A DNA stretch of 64,000 bases from NCBI GenBank assembly GCA_964016885.1, contig OZ024754.1, positions 34,658,001-34,722,000 of the forward strand, read 5' to 3'. Both the position numbers and the translations under genes were made by a program. Positions 1 through 64,000 of this stretch are shown piece after piece; the stretch's first letter is position 1; every line of letters starts with the position of its first letter. This stretch comes from Eledone cirrhosa. Lineage: Eukaryota. A model generated the notes under the pieces. The model searched no databases and was not told where the DNA came from. It was given only the letters and a program-made list of their open reading frames with translations.

Positions 1-284
1 GCCCTTCCTAACACCAACCACGTTTACAGTGTGGACTGGAAGGTTTTTACCGTGTTACCTACACGGCCACATTACAGCGTGGACTGTGTGTTTTTTTTGT
101 CGTGACACCTACACAACCTCATTTATTTAGGACTGGATGTTGTGGTACCAACATAACTTTACAGAGAAAGGGGTGGTGTTGATGGGGGTGGGAGTAGGGA
201 TAGTGGGATGGGGGTCTATTTTTGGTTAAGAGGTGCCTATTGACTGTAGGTTTTGCTTTGTACATAGGTACATAGGCAAGGCGG

Positions 285-1850
285 GTCTTCTGTATTACTA
301 TGTAGTGCCAAAGATCTCGGTCCAGTGACAATGTCTTGGAGAGGTGTAAGTGTGTGGGTTTGTCTACCCCGTAGCTTCCATCAATTTTGATCGCCCTGCA
401 CTTTTTTATACAGCTGTCGTCTTTCATGCGCATCACGTGACCATACCAACGTAGTCTTCTCTTGAGTAAACAGCATCTGATCCCTCTTATTCCTAATTTC
501 TCACTTAGTTCATTTATGCTTTGCTGTTCACGTATATTACTATTACACATCCAACGGAGCATGCAAGTTTCGTTCCTCTCCAGTCTGCGCAGATCCTCTG
601 CATGCAATGCCCATGTCTCACTGCCATGTAACATTGTTGTTCGTATGCAGGCATCATACAGCCTGCCTTTCATTTTGAGAGAGAAACCTTCAGTGGCAAA
701 TAGTGGTATAAGCTCTCTGAACTTTTTCCATCCCGTTCTGACTCTAGCTACTGTACTTTCAGAGAACCCTCCACCACTGCTGATTTTGTCACCCAGGTAA
801 TGGAAGGTGTCCACTATTTCTATAGAACCATCTGGGCAATGGAAGGAGTTAGTATCCTGTGGGCACTTGCTACTTATTGCACCTGAACACCGGCCACATA
901 TAAAATATCTATGTTCTTAGTTAGCTTACCTGTGATCTCACTACATCTTTTATGCACCCATACTTTGCATTTGGGACATAAAATGGAGTTTCTGCCTACT
1001 CCTTTCCTACACACTGAGCATGGCCATTTCCCAGAAGGGACCATTTTCCTTCCTACATACTAGAACTTTAGTCTTAGACAAGTTAACTTTAAGGCCTTTT
1101 GATTCTAGGCCATGCTTCCATGTTTGGAATTTCTTCTCTATATCAGCCATCAATTCAGCTATGACCGTTAGATCATTTGCATATAGAAGTTCCCATGGTC
1201 TTGAACTCCTCTGTTGTAGCCTGAAGGGCAATAATAAATAGGAGGGGGCTAAGGACAGAGCCCTGATGGACACCAACTTTTACGCTAAATTCTTCACTAT
1301 ATTCGTTGTTAATTCTAACCTTGCTGACTGTTTCTTTATACATGGCTTGTATAGCTCTCACAAGCCATTCATCAACACCTAGTTTTCTAAGAGCCCACCA
1401 GATAATGGAGCGGGGAACTCTGTCAAAGGCTTTCTCCAAGTCAACAAAAGCTAAGTATAGGGGTTTACTTTTAGCTAGGTAGTTCTGTAGTTGTCGTACA
1501 AGGAAAAGAGCGTCTGTGGTACTTTAATCTGACACAAACCCAAACTGCATTTCATCTCGATCAATTCGCTCTCTGATTAGTTGCGCTATAACTCTTTCTG
1601 TGACCTTCATGACCTGGTCAATTAATTTAATGCCTCTATAATTTCCCCTATCTAGGGCATCTCTTTTACCCTTGTAGCAGTTAATGATGCTGCTGCTATG
1701 CCAGTCATTTGGTATGACCCCATTCTGTATGATCCCGATGCTTTCAGCATTTCAGCAACTATCTCCGAAGGCCCAGCTGCTTTGCCTGTCTTCATATCAT
1801 TGATTGCCTTACTTATTATACTACCTTCAACTTGCACTGTGTGCTTGATT
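285..1850 (-). mobile_element. degenerate, 5'-truncated RTE-clade LINE reverse transcriptase
   Basis: Frameshifted ORF pieces: KAAGPSEIVAEMLK, EKAFDRVPR, GVHQGSVLSPLLF, LLYAND (YADD), FHYLG, GSETW, RRLRWYGHVMR. Confidence 0.93.
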
Positions 1851-2163
1851 AAATATTTACATGAAGATGTGTGCATGTAACTTACTAAGGCCTAATGCAT
1901 GTAATGAAAGCGCACATGCACACACACACAATATGTGACGTCGTTGTTATAAGATGTCCATTTATTATAGTTGACTATAATAGATTATTTGAGATAAAAT
2001 GTTATATTGTTTCAATCGAAATGAAAATAAAAATTACATGTTAATCCCAGGGACCTTGTAAAATTTGATTTGATTTGGTCAAGCCGTTTGAGAATACATA
2101 AAGAAAAGACAGAGAATTGTATATATATGTGTATAGAGATGTATGTGTGTGTATATATATATA

Positions 2164-2500
2164 GGAGGCACATGGCTTAGTGGTTAGAGCATTGGCCTTG
2201 CAATCAAAAGGTTGTGAGTTCAATTCTCAGACCGGGTGATGTGTTGTTTCCTTGAGCAAGACACTTTATTTCACATTGCTCCAGTTTACTCAGCTGTAGA
2301 AATGAGATGATAGGGACTGGGGTCCCTATCATTCCACTGCAAAGTGGTCGTGGAGGTGCCACGGCAAAAAAGCACCCAGCACTCACTGTAAATGAGGTTG
2401 GTGTTAGGAAGGGCATCCAGCTGTAGAAATCAAGCCAGAACCAATTCCCGTCCCACCCTTGCAAGCAGGGAAAAGTGGACGTAAAATGAATGAAAATGAA
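2164..2500 (+). mobile_element. tRNA-derived CORE-type SINE
   Basis: A-box TGGCTTAGTGG, B-box GAGTTCAATTC, CORE-like ccttgagcaagacacttt, tail ggaagggcatccagctgtagaaa; near-identical copy at 6219-6592. Confidence 0.85.
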
Positions 2501-2731
2501 TGAAATATATATATGAGTGTGTGTATATATATGTGTATATATGTGTGTGTATATGTGTGTGTATGTATGTGTGTATATATGTGTATGTATGTATGTGTGT
2601 ATGTTGTGTGTGTGTGTGTATATATATGTGCGTGTATGTGTGTGTATATATGTATATGTGTGTATATGTATATGTGTGTATGTATATGAGTGTATAGACA
2701 CGTGTGTGTGTGTATGTATATATATATATAT
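2501..2731. repeat. compound (TA/TG/TATG)n microsatellite
   Basis: Read directly; source of several spurious ORFs. Similar tracts at about 7168-7230, 14535-14593, 41675-41840 and 45680-45850. Confidence 0.95.
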
Positions 2732-4583
2732 CATCATCATCTCTCCATCCGTCACAGTCCCTCGTCATCTGTGAGCTTCAGCGATCTGAGTTCAGCCCTC
2801 ACCACCTCCACCCATGTTTTTCATGGCCTTCCTCTACTGTGTCTTCCTTCCACTGGGTTTTCTTGGCGCTTCTTCACATGGCCATACCAACACAGCCTTC
2901 TCTCCCGCACACTACAGTTTATCCCTCTTATACACATTTCCACTCTCAACTTGTTTAATAAACCTATGTAATATTTGCTACCAGAGCATTCAGTGCAAGA
3001 TGAGTCATAGTCGTATTGTTATGTGTGCATTAAAAATATAGTTTGGTAATACCAGCTGTTACTTAGTGAGACATGGATCTATTTTGAACACTCTTTGCTG
3101 TTTCTTGTAGCAATTAGTAAGTTAATAACTCTCACTGTTTGATTGGAGTGAGGGAAGGGGAATCAATATTTTTATATATTTTTAAAGGGGTATCATTATT
3201 GTCAAGTTTTAACAGTGCCAGAAAAGTATTTTTAAAAATAAACTTAATAAAATGTAAACAGTTTTCTTTAGAGAGAATCCATTTGGGTGTGTTATATTTG
3301 TAGATGTTGGTGAGGAAAGGAAAGGTGGTTTAATATGACTCATACTTTTATAAAGATAACAAGATAACTAACAAAAAGTAAAGTAAAATGTGGATGGTAG
3401 TTCAGTTAGAATATATTGTACCAATGAAACAAAAATACATAGGATTTTATAATATATCTTTAACCCTTTTCATAACAAAGCACCTTTTACAGTGAACCAT
3501 GCATTCTATCGTGACATCAGCACTTGTCATGACTGAAGGGTCTTCTCAACTCTTTTTCGCAAGGTTTCTACTCCTGGAAGCCCTGCTCAACATCAACCAC
3601 CCCACAGAATACTGGCTGCACCCCATAATGGCATCACCCAATATTAGGGAGGCTGTTGGTTGTTGAATCAACTAAAGAGCATACTTTGGATAATTGAGGG
3701 AATATATTTTATGCAGCACCTAGTACTTCCTTAGTATATAAAAAGATGATCTAATGCTAAAAAGTTTAGGTTATATTTAAGTTTGTTGACCCAATATAAT
3801 TATCCAATCATGACCCTGTGGTTAAGAAATTTGGTTTGTAATGCTGCTACTCCATGTTATATCTCACTGTGATACCTCGGGCAAATATTTTCTACTTTTG
3901 CCTTCAGTTCACTGATTACTGCCTTATCAGTGAAATTGGCAGACAGAAATAGTATGTAACCCATTGCATTTCATATCACCAGTGCAACTGATGATGTTTG
4001 TTTATATCCTACTACAACAGAAGTCCCACAGTTCAGCAAATAGACATGTGAAGATTTGTATCATATTTTAAAAGAAAGTGAGAGTTCATGTCAAGAAGGG
4101 TACTTAGTTGTAAAATTGTTTCAAAAAGTCTCATTCAACCCATGCCTGCATGGTAAAACAGATATAAGAACAATAAATATGATGATATATAAATGAGCTT
4201 AAATAGCATTTTTTATTAAAAGACGTTGAATTTGGCAGCCATTAGGTCATCAGAAAAAATGCTTTTGCGCTATTTATTCTAACCCTCTGTTAAAATCTTA
4301 CATCATATCATTGGGAAAACATTGACACTTCTGCCAGAAATTGTAATCAATAGATATTATCAGCAATGGAAAAACCTATGGAAACATGGTTTCCTTGGTT
4401 CAGTCTAGAAAACCAGCTTCTTGTTAGTATTAAAAAAGTAATACTCCAAGATTGGGGGTATTTTTTTTATCCAAACGTTTTGTTGATATTATGTCTTGTA
4501 ATATTTTCATCACCAGGGTTCACTAAATGTAATGAAACAAGCATTTTATAATTGTTTTTTTTCTCTCACTTTTACTATTACAG

Positions 4584-61467
<56,884 letters not shown>

Positions 61468-64000
61468 GTAAGATATTTGAATTCTTCGCTTGAAGGTTTT
61501 TATTAGCGGTAAGTAGAAGGGAAATATAGCTTTTATCTACTAGAATTTCTGTAAACTAAACTTTTATTTTGTCTTTTGTTTTAGCTCATTGGGGTTTGAT
61601 TATGACAAAAACACATAAATTTCCACTGTATGACAATCTCTACTTAGTATTATTGCTGTTATTTATTCAACATCATATCTACATCATACATGTATCTATC
61701 ATTTACTCCCTTTCCCATTACTTCCTTCCATGCCATCCAATCATTGTGTTCCCCGATCACACTTATAATCATACAGCTCTCTTCTTGTTAGTCACCACTC
61801 CTTTTCTATTCCCAATCTCAGTAATTTTTGTTTTGATGGAACAGAGACTATGGTGAATAAAGAAGCCACTTTAGCCTTGGAAGGGACAAGTTGACTCCTG
61901 TAAAGTGGTTGACATTTGAACAGTAACAACACAGGGTAATGAGGACATGTCAGTTTTGTGATGGTCATGACAACCACTCTAGTGCTGGTATCATGATAAA
62001 ATGGACTCGGTACACACTGTGATATGTCATCCCCTGAGCCATCTTGGAGGACAGTAGCTCTGAAAAAACTACTGACTTTGTTTATAACAACTTGTTTAGT
62101 ACATACCTGCATAGAAAGGAGACAAAATGATTGATGAGTATTGTTTACCAGTATTTTTAGATTCTATAAATGATGTTATTACATGTGGTTCTAGTTTTGC
62201 ATATTTAATAAATGCACAAGTTGTGTTGAACTCTGTAGATTACTTAAGAAGACTGGCATATTTTATATAAATTATGAATGATATTTACTAGAACTTTGTT
62301 TGAATGAACTGGTAAAATAGCTTGCGGTTGGTAGTAACACCAACCAGTATTTACTCCCAGGATGAAATTATTTCAGGCTATAGGTTTGTGGTGTCGCAGG
62401 GAAGTTGAACTCCTTTTGATACCAAACTCATTGAAACCAACCCTTGTTCTACAATATTAAGTTGTTTGTTTTAAAGTTTTTATATTTATATAAAAACTTT
62501 CTCTCATAAATTTATGCTTAAGACTCCAGATTATTAATGAGAAAGTTATTTTATTAAATATTTCAAAATTTTTGTATATTTTCAAAATGATTTGAAAATA
62601 ATATGAAGTGTCTTTTATTAGAAATTGGTAATGAAAGGGTTAGTGTTTAATTCTATACTTTGACTATCAGTCTCTGGTTATTTAATATGATTTGTATCAT
62701 GCTAAAGCTTCCATTAGTTCAATTCAAAAAATATTTTAAAGAGAACTTTTGATAATTTGAGTTAGCATTGCTCTATAGTCAATTAATTTTATATTCTAGA
62801 GGGGTTAGGTTGAATCATAGTCAGGCTTTGGTAACTAAATTGGCAAAACCACTTTAGAATTTCACTCTGGTGTGTAGTGGGGGCTCCAGTAAGTGTTTTG
62901 AGTCTAGCATTGTTGATTCTCTTGTTAACTTCTTCACCTGGTTGTCTTATCAGATATATTGGCCTTGTCTTTCCTCTGTCCCAGGGAAACCCAGACAAAG
63001 GAAGCCCCTTAAGTTTAAGGACAGTTCCAAGTGACTTAAATCAGTTCTAGCTACATGTACTGACTGTTGATCAGTGGTGTTGCTCCTGTATTTTCATGAA
63101 TTATGTGCCATTTATAGTATTTCTAGTTTGTGACATTTAAACTCTATGGAGTCTTTTGTTATATATAATCCACCATCAGTTTATCATCATTTTTATGTCT
63201 CTTGGAATGGGTTAGACAAGATATTTTAAAGTATTCTACAGCTAGATGCCCTTTCTGAGGCCAACCCATATTTTTTATATTAAGGGTTTTGTTCGACTTA
63301 AGTTTTCACACAGAACCAGTGAGCTGCAAGACATGTCCCCAGACACATATAATATGCACAGCTTCAGTCAGTCAATTTCACTCACAAGACATTGGTCAGC
63401 TTGAGGCAGCAGAAGACATTTGCTCGAGGTACCATGCAGTGGGTTTGAACCTGAAACCATGTGGTTGCAAAGAAAACTTCCGAAACACACAGCCATGGCT
63501 GAGCTTATCCAACCTTGTATAATGGTTACTGCATTACTCAGAATAGTGGAAGTTGGTTTTAGAAATTATTTTCAAAATATTATTTATACTAGCAGAAAAA
63601 CCACCCTAGCATGTGTAATGTGTATATTGATATTATATGCAGGTATATATACATGTAGATATGATACATCAAATAAAATCGTAATTGACAATATATAATA
63701 CATAGAAATTGAATGAAGACTGTGTTACACTGTCTTATTTAATCAGTAACGTAATCCATGATACATTAAAAAAGACGATATTATATATAAACTGCATTAG
63801 GAGAAAATTAGTATGTTTATTTACGCGATGGCCAACCGGAAGTGTTGACATTTCAGAAATTTTAAAGAAGTGAATCTTTAAATAAACAAAATATATTTAA
63901 TCAACAGCCACGAAATTTAGTAGATAAATTTAGTAATATTCATTTATTATTTATTCAAAGTAATCCAACTTATTTTACAAACGGGATAAAAAAATATATT

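Noticed and set aside
2164-2235. tRNA gene
   Set aside because: The A/B boxes belong to a SINE head with no complete cloverleaf, and multiple decayed copies are present
2204-2774. His/Thr/Tyr- and Val/Cys-rich ORFs (also 41582-41908 and 45561-45973)
   Set aside because: Translations of microsatellites and SINE sequence

Overview
AT-rich, repeat-dense animal genomic DNA; the SINE/RTE/microsatellite landscape suggests a coleoid cephalopod such as Octopus, which is an inference. The whole window lies inside one plus-strand gene, a MARK/Par-1 serine/threonine kinase. I traced exons by hand from kinase subdomain III through the kinase C-lobe, the CD/linker, the UBA domain and part of the spacer. 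The 5' exons and the KA1 domain lie outside the window. Main finding: the 100-nt exon for the kinase C-terminal helix plus common-docking (CD) linker is present as two intact, diverged tandem copies (29575-29674 and 30198-30297). Reading frame allows only one at a time, and the two differ sharply in charge. The following 27-kb intron holds three candidate frame-preserving phase 1-1 short exons (21, 21 and 51/39 nt), suggesting a combinatorial splicing module at the kinase-UBA hinge. The introns also contain a 2.6-kb compound minisatellite, two long hairpins, a Penelope-type minimal hammerhead ribozyme, a CRE-retrotransposon endonuclease fragment nested in a Tigger-like MITE, and many SINEs, RTE fragments and MITEs. 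Most ORFs in the supplied track are low-complexity or transposon artefacts.
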